In this document: positions 39,078 to 49,800 of the stretch, piece by piece
Position numbering within the stretch: position 1 is the stretch's first letter
Layout: the number at the start of each line of letters is the position of its first letter
Assembly (NCBI GenBank): GCA_003518055.1
Contig: DOZJ01000005.1
Coordinates: 1,319-65,318 of the forward strand
Length of the DNA stretch: 64,000 nucleotides
Direction of reading: 5' to 3'
Origin: Candidatus Falkowbacteria bacterium
GTDB taxonomy: Bacteria; Patescibacteriota; Patescibacteriia; UBA11705
Notes under the pieces: generated by a model
Told to the model about the DNA's origin: nothing
Databases searched by the model: none
Seen by the model: only the letters and a program-made list of their open reading frames with translations
Position numbers and translations under genes: made by a program

Positions 39078-39190
39078 CCGCCAAACATTATCACCGCAAC
39101 CGGATATTCACCTGAAACTAAAAAAAAATGAGGCGTCGGGAAATATTCCGGCCGCCTTTCAGCCCACTTATCCACACACCAAAATCCATT

Positions 39191-39318
39191 TCTTTGCTGC
39201 GAGGAGTATGCAATAACGACGCGGCAGCCTCCAACCGGTTTCAAGATTTAGCTCAACGCAGTAACGCCGCCCGCCCGCCTTTGGCGGGTGGCAGCCTCCA
39301 CCCGATTTCAAGATTTAC
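39191..39318. repeat. Dispersed intergenic repeat, copy 2, with nested CCCGCCTTTGGCGGG palindrome
   Basis: Matches 23633-23782. Confidence 0.85.
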
Positions 39319-39376
39319 CCCAACCCTCAACCATCCGTCAGCCAAAAAAAAACAAGAGGCTTATTAACCTCTTTAT

Positions 39377-40264
39377 TCAACCAAGTAGTGTTTTGTTTCT
39401 GGTTCTGCCATTGCTCATATCAAAAATCATTTCCACCTTGAACTTTTGGACCAAACCGGGCTCAGACAGCTGACGCTCGCCATCGATCAACGGCACATTT
39501 TCCGCCACGATACGATAAGCCCGATGAGTATCTCCGGGGAAACAACTCATCCATTCGAGAATTACATCTTTGCGCTCAACCACAAACCAAGTTTTAGCCG
39601 CAACTTCATATGGCTGATTCAACACCGAATCCATCAATTCACTTGAAGGATTGACACAAATTGCTCGTCCAACTTCCGGCATAAACAACATTGGCATGTC
39701 GCTGAGAGTATCGCCGCAAGCCCAAATATTCCTTCTCGGTATATTAGGAAACCGGCTCAACAAGCGGTGAATCACCTTTACTTTTTCTTCACGATCTAGA
39801 ACTAAACGTTCACCCGTATACACTCCATTTTGCTGATACATTTCAGTCCCGTAGGCCTCATGAATATTCCATGACTTGGCAAAAGCCTTGACCGCGTTGT
39901 CAGGTGAAGCGCTGATACAACACACCAGCCAACCCTCATCAAGCTTCTGCTGCACCAAAGCTCTTGGAAACCGATAAACATTATTCCGCGTTCGCTTCAG
40001 CACACCAGCCACAATAACATCAAAAGCCCCTACCGGCACACCGGCCAAATTGGCTTCAAATATTTCCACCGCCTTCATCAAATACGAATCAAATCCGCCA
40101 TCCCGAGCTTCCCATTTTTCTCTATGCACCTCTATTTCTTTAGACGCTGCCTGCGACAGCAAACCAACCCGGGCCATTTCATGTACGAGGTCCAAAAATA
40201 CAGAATTGCGTTTCCATGTGCCATCAAGATCTGTCAATAGAATCCCTGAATAGTCTTGCTCCAT
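39377..40264 (-). CDS. HAD-superfamily IB hydrolase (SerB-like)
   Basis: TDLDGT, ISASP, EKVK, CGDTLSDMPML. Confidence 0.9.
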   Translation of the reverse strand: MEQDYSGILLTDLDGTWKRNSVFLDLVHEMARVGLLSQAASKEIEVHREKWEARDGGFDSYLMKAVEIFEANLAGVPVGAFDVIVAGVLKRTRNNVYRFPRALVQQKLDEGWLVCCISASPDNAVKAFAKSWNIHEAYGTEMYQQNGVYTGERLVLDREEKVKVIHRLLSRFPNIPRRNIWACGDTLSDMPMLFMPEVGRAICVNPSSELMDSVLNQPYEVAAKTWFVVERKDVILEWMSCFPGDTHRAYRIVAENVPLIDGERQLSEPGLVQKFKVEMIFDMSNGRTRNKTLLG

Positions 40265-40360
40265 GTCCGCCTCCTCCGGGGGTAAACATCTTGCTTAGAT
40301 TATCATCAAATTATCACCCAGTCAAGACAAAAAAAACAGAGTCTTTAACCCTGTTTCAAA

Positions 40361-40840
40361 TTACTCCTTGGACGGTTCGATCTGCGGGTTTGACCAATCC
40401 TCAAACGGCACAATTCTCCCGCCGCGAATAGCGTAATACATTGTTCTCATTGCTTCCGTGTCCAATTTGGCTTTTTTCTCGACAATTACTCCTGAAATCA
40501 TCAAAACGTAACGATCTGAGTCTCTCAAATCAACATCCAATTCCGCCTGCATCATCAAAGATCCATCAGCACTTAGCTGTCGATAAATTCCCAGCCTCCG
40601 CTCATATCTGGCTGTAAACTCACACCTGAAAGACAACCCGGCACAATGCGCCTGGAGCCACAAGGGGATGTTCACATCAAAATCAGTCAATGGCACATGA
40701 AATCCATCTCCGGCCTCACTCTTCAGAATCCTAAAACCATCAACTCTAATATCCCGTCTATTCCTCAACCGCTCTTTATCTTCCGGAACAATTTTTTCAC
40801 TCTCAACAATAGATGGGTGCAGCAGCAACCATAGACTCAT
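40361..40840 (-). CDS. Hypothetical protein
   Basis: GGAGG SD; about 159-aa ORF. Confidence 0.6.
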   Translation of the reverse strand: MSLWLLLHPSIVESEKIVPEDKERLRNRRDIRVDGFRILKSEAGDGFHVPLTDFDVNIPLWLQAHCAGLSFRCEFTARYERRLGIYRQLSADGSLMMQAELDVDLRDSDRYVLMISGVIVEKKAKLDTEAMRTMYYAIRGGRIVPFEDWSNPQIEPSKE

Positions 40841-40946
40841 GTCCACCTCCTCGTCTCTCGGTTCTGATTCTGCTTCCGCCAGAGTTTATTTAACCCTGAT
40901 CAGAGCTCAGATACCGGAGAAATGGTGATCTACACATTAAAGAACT

Positions 40947-41537
40947 TTAATGACGCAGCGATCCAACCACAAATCGCACTCGGTCCGCGACTGACACAGG
41001 CGGCACTTCAATCAACCGATATCCAAGTGATTCATAAACCGCTACGATATAATCATAAACTCTGACCGCGTCTTCAAATGTCTCTTGCCTCACCTCATCA
41101 TTATTAAAAATATCTCGCCAAGGCGGCAGGCAAAAAACTTCAGCCGCGTATCGATAATCAGCGCAGGCCTGCAAACAACTTTCATCCGGAGATAAACCGT
41201 CTTTTAGATAGTAAGCAATTTCATCCGGCAAACCGCGATCCATGAAGCACATTTGATCCTTCGGCGCCGCCAAAAAATCATCTACTCTTCTTCTGACAAT
41301 AATCCGCTGAAATGCCAGCCGGTTTTTCCACGGCAAATCTGCGCTGTCATCTCGAATCATCGCTTCGATTATCTGTCTTGTCCCTTCTTCCACCACCGAT
41401 ATACCAAGCTGGCTCAGACCACGAATCAACGTGGTCTTCCCTGCCCCTGAACAACCGGTAACAAGATACAATTTCGATTTTGTGATCTTCAAACCGAACC
41501 TCCCTCTTGGGATTAAACCTCTAATAATATTTATCAA
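40947..41537 (-). CDS. AAA_28-family P-loop ATPase/kinase
   Basis: VTGCSGAGKTT, MDRGLPD, LPPWRDIF.ND..R.E; start uncertain. Confidence 0.85.
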   Translation of the reverse strand: MINIIRGLIPRGRFGLKITKSKLYLVTGCSGAGKTTLIRGLSQLGISVVEEGTRQIIEAMIRDDSADLPWKNRLAFQRIIVRRRVDDFLAAPKDQMCFMDRGLPDEIAYYLKDGLSPDESCLQACADYRYAAEVFCLPPWRDIFNNDEVRQETFEDAVRVYDYIVAVYESLGYRLIEVPPVSVADRVRFVVGSLRH

Positions 41538-41669
41538 ATACTGCTGCTTTTGTCAATGTTACAAAAAACCAGCGGCTCAAACCGCTGATCTTTAACTTTA
41601 TTTGCCACACATTAGTGGTTATGGTTATAACCAACCCACCCGTCACACTTCTGTAGTTCTGGTTATACC

Positions 41670-42899
41670 CTACATCATTTTCTTTCTAATAAACGCGGGA
41701 ATATCTAATTCATCATCATTGGCGGTGTCATCAACCACCCTTCGTGGAGTTTCAACCCGCGCATCTTCCTGTGCTTGATGGTAAGCGGCTGCCGAATTCA
41801 TCGGCTTGGTCATAAAATTACTCACTGTCCGGCTGGCCGCATCCGGTTCTACTACCGCTTCTTTTTCTTCTTTTACTGGCACCGACTTGGCCTGAAAATA
41901 ATTTATCGGCTCATGCTTTACCTTCAAAATATTTTCCTTAGCCACTTTCTCGTCAAACCCGGTTGCCACCACCGTAATTTTTATTTCATCCTTTAATTTT
42001 TCATTATGAACCGCGCCAAAAATAATCTTGGCGTCCGCGTCAACCGATTCGGTAATCACCTTGGCCGCTTCACTGACTTCATACATGGTCAGACTTTCAC
42101 CGCCGGCGATGGTAAAGAGAATTCCCTTTGCACCCTCGACTGAAATCTCGAGCAGCGGACTCGACACGGCTGCCTTGGCCGCCTCAATCGCCCGATTATC
42201 ACCGCTCGCAATCCCCATACCCATGAGGGCCGAGCCGCTCGAACGCATAATTGCCCGGACATCGGCAAAGTCCACATTGATCAAGCCCGGCAAAGTAATT
42301 AATTCAGAAATTCCCTGAACCCCTTGACGCAAAACTTCATCAACCACTTTAAACGCGTCAATCAGCGGCGTTTTCTTATCAATCAGCTGCCAAATTCGAT
42401 CATTCGGAATAGTAATTAAAGTATCAACTTTTTGACTCAAATTCTCCAGACTTTCCTCCGCGATTCTGCGTCTTGGACCACCCTCAAACGAAAACGGCTT
42501 AGTCACAACCGCGATCGTAAGAATGCCCATTTCCTTGGCTATCTCCGCCACCACCGGTGACGCGCCCGAACCGGTTCCCCCACCAAGCCCGCAGGTAATA
42601 AATAATAAATCTGTTCCTTTTAACAATTCTCGAATTTCATTCTGAGATTCCTCCGCCGACTTGCGTCCGAGAGCCGGATCCATGCCGGCGCCGAGACCTC
42701 TAGTAGTGGTTCGTCCAATATGGACTTTATGACTGGCCGGATTATGCTGCAACGCCTGCAAATCCGTATTAATGGCAACAAACTCCACCCCTTTAACATC
42801 CGCTTCAATCATTCTAGTTACAGCTGACCCACCGCCGCCGCCGACTCCGACAACTTTAATTTTGGCAACAGTTTCAATTTCTGGTTTAATTTCTGGCAT
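41670..42899 (-). CDS. ftsZ: Cell division protein FtsZ
   Basis: GGGTGSG tubulin signature, NVDFAD, C-terminal LDIPAFIRK. Confidence 0.98.
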   Translation of the reverse strand: MPEIKPEIETVAKIKVVGVGGGGGSAVTRMIEADVKGVEFVAINTDLQALQHNPASHKVHIGRTTTRGLGAGMDPALGRKSAEESQNEIRELLKGTDLLFITCGLGGGTGSGASPVVAEIAKEMGILTIAVVTKPFSFEGGPRRRIAEESLENLSQKVDTLITIPNDRIWQLIDKKTPLIDAFKVVDEVLRQGVQGISELITLPGLINVDFADVRAIMRSSGSALMGMGIASGDNRAIEAAKAAVSSPLLEISVEGAKGILFTIAGGESLTMYEVSEAAKVITESVDADAKIIFGAVHNEKLKDEIKITVVATGFDEKVAKENILKVKHEPINYFQAKSVPVKEEKEAVVEPDAASRTVSNFMTKPMNSAAAYHQAQEDARVETPRRVVDDTANDDELDIPAFIRKKMM

Positions 42900-43130
42900 A
42901 AGACAATAAATCAATAATTAAACCTCCTGTTCCCCCCTGTTTAATTATATTAAACACACTTTAATTTTATTATTTTCATATCAATAATATCTATCTTCCG
43001 AAATCACGTTTACATCCGTCTCCGAATCTTTTGCTACCACGCGTTCATCAATTCCGTCGTTCCCAGCCAAACTTTTGTAAAACCCAACCAACCCGCCAAG
43101 CGTCTGTAGTTATAGTTATTTCCGTTATAG

Positions 43131-44402
43131 TTACGACAGCAGCGACTTAAACCACTTTTTCGCGCCCTCAACCACATCTTTGGCTGATTGTAATTTACCG
43201 CCGAGGTTAAATTTGCTTCGACCCTTCTGATCAAGCATCTGGTAGCCCCAAAGCACCAATCCGAGAGAATTAACAAACACGACATCATTAACTTTATCAA
43301 TCGCGGTATTGAAATTTTGCACCACACCTACAGCCGCCGGTAGCATGGTTTTTTTCTTGGCGATTTCCAAAATTCCCGCCAATTTAGCGCCTCCGCCAAT
43401 CAACACGATTCCGGCCGGCAGCAAACCACTGCGATTGATTTTTTGCAATTCAACGTCAACTTTTTCAAAAATTTCTTCCACTCTGGCGTTGATGATTTCC
43501 GTTATATACTGTTTGGAAAAAACTTGATCATCACCGCCCAAATCGCGCAAATTAATCTCTTCGCCTTTATCAATCTTATCATATGTTGCTCGGCCGTATT
43601 CCAACTTGACTCGCTCTGCCACCTCCACCGCCGATTGAAGGCCAATGGCCAAATCAGCTGTTATATGGTCGGCTCCGATCGGCAAAATCGCCGTATGAAT
43701 CACATCACCCTCTTCAAACACCAAAATATTGGTCGTTGAAGCCCCGATATCAACCAGCGCCACCCCGAGCTCCTTCTGTCGGACATTCAAAACCACCTCA
43801 GACGCCGCCAGTGAGGATAAAACAATATCATTAATATCCAAACCGGTGCGGTAAACGCATTTGGTCAAATTTTTAATATGAGAACTTAATCCCCGGACAA
43901 CTTGAGTCGTCACTTCCAGCCTAAGTCCTGTCATGCCGACCGGATCCTTTACACCGCTTTGATTATCAACCGTGAATGTTTTTGGAATCACATGGAGTAC
44001 ATCATAATTAACCGGCGCCGCAACTGATTTGGCCGCGTCAATTACCCGTTCGATATCTTCCTCCTGAATCTCTCCGCTGGTTCGCGGAATGGCAATCACA
44101 CCGTTGCTTTCTTGTGAATTGATATGCACGCCGCCAATGCTGATCCAAACATTCTCAATGGGAAGACCCACCATTCTTTCCGCTTTTTCAAGCGCCGTTG
44201 AAATACTGGAAACCGTATCTTCAATACTGACCACCGATCCCTTGCTCACTCCCTGAGACGGGACCTCAACCACTCCAATAATATTCAGCTGCTGAGTCTC
44301 CTGATTTCGGGAAAATTGTCCGATCACGATCCTGATTTGGGACGATCCGATGTCCAAACCGGCAATCAATTCTTCTGGCATAGATTTAGAAACTAGTTTC
44401 AT
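43131..44402 (-). CDS. ftsA: Cell division protein FtsA
   Basis: GLDIGSS, DPVGMTG, VDIGAST, LIGGGAKL; directly upstream of ftsZ. Confidence 0.97.
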   Translation of the reverse strand: MKLVSKSMPEELIAGLDIGSSQIRIVIGQFSRNQETQQLNIIGVVEVPSQGVSKGSVVSIEDTVSSISTALEKAERMVGLPIENVWISIGGVHINSQESNGVIAIPRTSGEIQEEDIERVIDAAKSVAAPVNYDVLHVIPKTFTVDNQSGVKDPVGMTGLRLEVTTQVVRGLSSHIKNLTKCVYRTGLDINDIVLSSLAASEVVLNVRQKELGVALVDIGASTTNILVFEEGDVIHTAILPIGADHITADLAIGLQSAVEVAERVKLEYGRATYDKIDKGEEINLRDLGGDDQVFSKQYITEIINARVEEIFEKVDVELQKINRSGLLPAGIVLIGGGAKLAGILEIAKKKTMLPAAVGVVQNFNTAIDKVNDVVFVNSLGLVLWGYQMLDQKGRSKFNLGGKLQSAKDVVEGAKKWFKSLLS

Positions 44403-44484
44403 ATTCAATTATATAGAAGTTCAAAGTTTTTATAAACAATTTTGAACACAAAATTAACTCAGTTTAAATTTTTATCAAAATTCA

Positions 44485-44841
44485 TTATAAAAACCTTGAC
44501 CCGAAAATAAACAACCCAATGATTATCGCTGAAATAACCGTTATCAGCACCACCGAAGACATGATATTTTTTATATCATGAACATACAGATGGACTCTAG
44601 GCTGCAACATATCCACAAGCCGTTCAAAAACTGTATTCAGCATTTCCAAAACCAGAACAAATAATATGAGCAAAATTATCACCACCCACTCCCACGGTTT
44701 GAGCTGAAAATACACCCCGGCCAGAATCACTATAAGCGCAGCTAGAACCTGAATCCGAAAATTTTGTTCCATGACAAAAACCGTTTTTAACCCTTTTAGC
44801 GCAAACCGAAAACTTCGTTGTAAGCGATTCAATTTCACCAT
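44485..44841 (-). CDS. dgkA: Diacylglycerol/undecaprenol kinase (DgkA family)
   Basis: SFRFALKGL...EQNFRIQ...LEMLNTVFE..VD. Confidence 0.88.
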   Translation of the reverse strand: MVKLNRLQRSFRFALKGLKTVFVMEQNFRIQVLAALIVILAGVYFQLKPWEWVVIILLILFVLVLEMLNTVFERLVDMLQPRVHLYVHDIKNIMSSVVLITVISAIIIGLFIFGSRFL

Positions 44842-44845
44842 ATTA

Positions 44846-45274
44846 TTAATTATACGTCTTGGTTAAAATCCCCAACTCAAGAGCTTCCATTTCGAACGCC
44901 TCAGCCTTCTTAACATGATCAAATCCGAGTAAATGCAGTATACCATGAATCGCCAAAATCAGTATTTCCTTCCGCTCTGAAATCCCTTTTTCTTTTGCTT
45001 GACGCCTCGCTTGAGCACCATCAATAAAAATATCTCCCAAATAAATCATCCCCGCCTCTAACTCGCCGTCGGTAAACGACAAAACATCCGTAACGTTATC
45101 TTTTGCCCTGTACTTCCGATTCAAATCTCTAATTTTTTTATCACCGACAAAAACTATTGTCAGCTCATGTTTTTTCTTGAGTTTCAATAATTTAGCTGCG
45201 TTAACCACCGCCGCCTCAATCAGGCGTCTGGGCACCCGCGCCTTTGTCCGATTATCAATATTTACCTTAATCAT
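44846..45274 (-). CDS. ybeY: rRNA maturation endoribonuclease YbeY
   Basis: LN..YR.KD.VTDVLSF, LGDIFI, HGILHLLGFDH. Confidence 0.96.
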   Translation of the reverse strand: MIKVNIDNRTKARVPRRLIEAAVVNAAKLLKLKKKHELTIVFVGDKKIRDLNRKYRAKDNVTDVLSFTDGELEAGMIYLGDIFIDGAQARRQAKEKGISERKEILILAIHGILHLLGFDHVKKAEAFEMEALELGILTKTYN

Positions 45275-45277
45275 ATC

Positions 45278-46225
45278 TTATTCCTGACCGGTAAACACAA
45301 AGCTTTGCACCAAAAGTTCAAACAAATGCGGATAGCTGGCCTTTTCCTTCAAACCAATATCATAATCAATCACATAAACATATTCACCTCGAGCGAAATA
45401 AACCGTAAACTCATCCGGACTACGAACCCCCTTTAGTCCTGACTTATTTTCAAATTCCACCACTTCATCTTGTTTCTCGATATCGATCTGGGAGGTATAC
45501 CACTCAATCAAGGACAAATTCAAAGAATTTTCCAGCACCAGTACATTGATATTTTCCGTCAGCGGCGAAGAAAAAATTATCTCCGAGTTGTCCGGTTTAA
45601 GCGATCGGGCAAACCACCCCTTGGGATAAAACAAGTCATAATCAAATGTCGGATTCACATATGTAAAAACCAACCCTGAAAATTCCAATTTAGCTGGATC
45701 TATACCAGATGGATTGTATAAATTCCCCAATTCAACGCCATCCACAAAGCTATCAGAATCCGAGTCTGGCCTTTGATAATCCGTCTCCAGTAAAAATTCC
45801 TCAGCATCGGTCAAACCGTCGTTATCACCATCAACATCAATCATATCACTCAATTTTGTCGGTTTAATTGTTGCCGGGTCAAATTCAATTTCCGGCTCGA
45901 TCTCGATCTTGGGTTCAACCACCTCAGGGATTTCCTCCGGCTTTTTTTCCGTCTCAATGACCTTCACGATTACTTCCGGTTCAGGAGCAGGCTTAAAATA
46001 AATCAAATACCCGATATAAGACAATAATGCGACCGTAAGAATCAAAAACACAATCACCACCATCGGCAGAGCGCGGCTTTTTTTCCTGATCACTTTGGTT
46101 TTAGTCACGATTTTTTCCCGAATGATCTCCTTTGGTTGGTCGGGATTTATCCCATGATACTCTTCGGGCATGACATAAACCTTGTCATAATCAGCGGTAA
46201 TTTTTTTTTCTTTTTCTTCGGCCAT
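45278..46225 (-). CDS. Membrane-anchored protein with TSP3-like repeat
   Basis: TM; DGDNDGLTDAEE...DSDSDSFVDG.E...YNP. Confidence 0.8.
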   Translation of the reverse strand: MAEEKEKKITADYDKVYVMPEEYHGINPDQPKEIIREKIVTKTKVIRKKSRALPMVVIVFLILTVALLSYIGYLIYFKPAPEPEVIVKVIETEKKPEEIPEVVEPKIEIEPEIEFDPATIKPTKLSDMIDVDGDNDGLTDAEEFLLETDYQRPDSDSDSFVDGVELGNLYNPSGIDPAKLEFSGLVFTYVNPTFDYDLFYPKGWFARSLKPDNSEIIFSSPLTENINVLVLENSLNLSLIEWYTSQIDIEKQDEVVEFENKSGLKGVRSPDEFTVYFARGEYVYVIDYDIGLKEKASYPHLFELLVQSFVFTGQE

Positions 46226-46263
46226 AATTAAATATAATCTATAGACTAAATTACAATTTACAC

Positions 46264-46869
46264 CTACAAATTCAACAGTTTTCCCGGACCGTTCGGATCA
46301 TAACCATTATTAACCTCATCTCCATCAATGTAGGTATCATTATCAGAATCACGATTCAATGGATTGGTTCGATAAACCCGCGTTTCCTGAAAATCAGTTA
46401 AACCGTCATTATCAGTATCAACCTTATCAGCGGCCGTACCAAGCTGAGCTTCTTCAGCATCCGTCAAACCATCGCCATCCAAATCTGAGACTATCGGAGT
46501 CAGAGGGATTTCATTTGTAACCGACTCAGGATTGTCCTGCGGTTCTTCAATGACTTCAACCGGCGCGTCACGTTCCTCAAGAATCAAATCGCTATCGTTA
46601 TCATCTTCAATCTTTTCCCCATCAAAAAACCATAACCCAGCCATAACCGCGGCCGCGATGACCACCAAAACCACGACAAAAAGCAAAACAATCTTCATCA
46701 CGCTCCCACCGGATTTCGCCGCCATCGGCGCGCCCACAGGGACTTCGCTCTGCGGAATGGAATTCACCGGCTGAGTCGTTGGTTTCATTGGGATTGACTC
46801 AGTTGTTTGCGGCGGTGTTTGACCGTCGGCTTTATTCATCCCGTCTTGAAATTTTGGATCGTCAAACAT
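46264..46869 (-). CDS. Membrane-anchored protein with TSP3-like repeats
   Basis: TM; DLDGDGLTDAEE, DTDNDGLTD, DSDNDTYIDGDEVNNGYDPNGPG. Confidence 0.85.
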   Translation of the reverse strand: MFDDPKFQDGMNKADGQTPPQTTESIPMKPTTQPVNSIPQSEVPVGAPMAAKSGGSVMKIVLLFVVVLVVIAAAVMAGLWFFDGEKIEDDNDSDLILEERDAPVEVIEEPQDNPESVTNEIPLTPIVSDLDGDGLTDAEEAQLGTAADKVDTDNDGLTDFQETRVYRTNPLNRDSDNDTYIDGDEVNNGYDPNGPGKLLNL

Positions 46870-46874
46870 ACTAT

Positions 46875-49800
46875 TTATTCGATTACAAAATTAAATCCTG
46901 GTTTATTATTGATAGTATAATAATTGTATGACTCGGCTTCTGTCCTGAAAGTAATCCTAGCCTCATTAAAACCCTGGTATAAGTAAGAATATGCATAGTT
47001 AAACAACGACACTGGTGATGTCCCTATCGGGAAAACCATCTCTATTTGTAATGTATCAGGATCATAACAATTATTCACGTCCGCGCCTTGAGAACAGACC
47101 GAACATTTAGCCTGTCCCTGATAATCGAAACATTGGTGCTCTGCTAACAAACATTTTTTACCATTACTGCCACAAGAAACACCAACAAAAGTTGCATTTG
47201 TGCTTGGTTCATATCGAGCCATTTGATTGATTGGATCAAGTGCTAACTGTTTACCCAGAATATTACCTAATTCCGCTTGCCAACTCGGCCAAACGGAATA
47301 TGATTCTCCCCGGCGATAAGTGCCTCCTTCCAATCGCGGCAAATCTATTTTTTGCGTGTAATAATCGGTTAAATACTGACGAAGCCCAACAATATTATTA
47401 ATTCTCTGAATATCCCGTCTAATCGCAAACTGTACGTCGGAACTGGACACATTAATATTAAATCCCATATTTTCAACCAGCTGGGAAAACATATTTATTG
47501 TCCGGCTATTAGCGCCCAAGTTGTAGCCCAAAACATATATATAATTGGAAACGCTAGCGCTCGAACCGCTGCCGATCAAATTCCCGGCAGAGACATAAAC
47601 GGTATTACCGTCTTTTACGCCGTAATAACAATCATCAGTATCATAGCGTGCATCATGACTGCAAAAAACCTTGACCTCACTGACTGATTGCCCGGCTTGC
47701 GGCACTTGCTGGCGATACCATTCAGCCGCCGACAAATTAGCCGGATTTTCATAAATGCGCAATGAAATCACATCATCGGAAAAATCATTGGTATTCACTG
47801 AATTTATAATCTCATCGGAACGGATCAACAAATACTGCCGCTGCAAACCATTCTCCTCCGCGCCGATTTGAGATGTCACCACCCGAAGAAGCGGCAGATC
47901 ATCCATCCGATTATTTATTTGTTCCCGATCGCGGCAATATCGCAACAAAATATTCCGGCCATCGCTACCGTCATCCCAACTCCATGGATTTTCACAAATA
48001 AAGGCTGAAACCAAACCCGAACCGGTTCTTTCTGATTTAACCTCGCCAAAATATTGATCAAATGTAATTTCCGCCGTCATCTCAATATCACTGTCACCGT
48101 TTTTATTCTTCGCCATAGCTACATCCTCATTCGAATCAACCACATCGGTAATACTCACAATATCTCTATCTTCAATCTCCCAAGCTCCCCAGCTCCAAGC
48201 ATAATGCCCGGAAATCGGCTGGATTTCAGTATTGCCTGATTTGGCCAAATGACGAATATTCCAAATTTCATCCCTCTGAGTCACATTCTTGACCGCCGGT
48301 TCAATCCCAACCGAATCAAAATGACAATAATCCGATCCGACATTAAATCTGAACTCCTGATCAGGAATAATCATGCTGCAATTATTTTTTACATTCTTCA
48401 ACACCACTTCATAATCCGTCACCCTCAAAGCGCCTTTAGTGGCAATATAAATCTGAGTCACCAAATTCTTTCCAATTTGAACCTTTTGCGCCACAACCGC
48501 GTAATTATTCTGATTTTCCACGCACCATTCAGCCGCCTGAGCCTTTAACCCAAAAAATTCTCCAGTCCAATCACGCAGCCGCCCCAACCAACTCAAACTG
48601 CCGCCGCATTGATCCGCCCGATAGCGCAATTCCACAAATTTATTGATTTTTCCACCCCCCTTGTGTAATTCCGTCATCAAATAATCATATCTAACTGTTA
48701 TCACCGCGTTGGGGCAGGTCAACGTACCATCCGGACTGATCAACGTCGCTCGCGGCGGATTATTCGGATCACATTCAGGAGGTGTTGGACCGCCCAAACC
48801 TGAATATATATATGTTAATAAACTTTCATCGTTAATACTTTGTCCTTGCTCTGTAGAATTTTCAAGGTACGACACGTTGTTGGTCAACGTCCCCCTGATT
48901 TTAGCTGTTTGCTGATTCTGTCCGGCTGGAAGATGACCCAAAACCGTCGCCATACTATATGGCGCGCCATAATTAGTCACCGTCACACCAGCCTCTGTTT
49001 GTTCACAAATTCTATCTTCACCCGGCTCGACAATTCCATTGCCGCAAAAAGACGCGTTGGCATCATTAGATCCGCCATTCAGACATCCACTCGTGCACCC
49101 GGCCGCCGGTCGGCAGGTACAATTACCCTCATCCAATCTGCCGGCACAATTTTCGCCGGTGGAATTATTAGTACAAGTATATTCACACTCTTCAGTATAA
49201 CCATTAAAGGATTCAGTCAACCCATTGCCGCAGCAACTCACAGTGTCTTGTAATTCCGTACATGTATCAAAAGGTTTTATTAAACATTTATTTGAACATG
49301 TGACCGATTCAAATGCCGGACAAACACAATAATCAGTTCCCGGCTGACACAAAACCGTCACCACTTCTCCTTGTGAATTTTTTTGCACACTGCCATCAGC
49401 ATTTCTTACCGGCATAACGCATTCATTAGTCACCGGTTCGCACTCTTCACCGGAATCCACCAGACCGTTGCCGCACACCGGACCAACATACCCTGAGCTT
49501 CCTTTATATAAACAATTATTATCTAATCCAAATAGTGTATTAAGCTTCGAACTGCCAAAATCATCATCTTCACCCAATTCTTTTGCTCCATTGCCACAGA
49601 CAAATCCCGCTGACTGAGCACCCTCATTAAAACATTCACGGCTGCAGCCATCACCGCTATTACCGTTGCCGTCATCACAATCTTCGGTCGGATCAACCGT
49701 CCGATTACCGCAGCAAGCACTCGAGTTGCCGCCGAAACACAGCGGACTGCCGAGACGTAAACATTTATTCGAACAAAAGGCCTCACCGTCACATTCTTCA

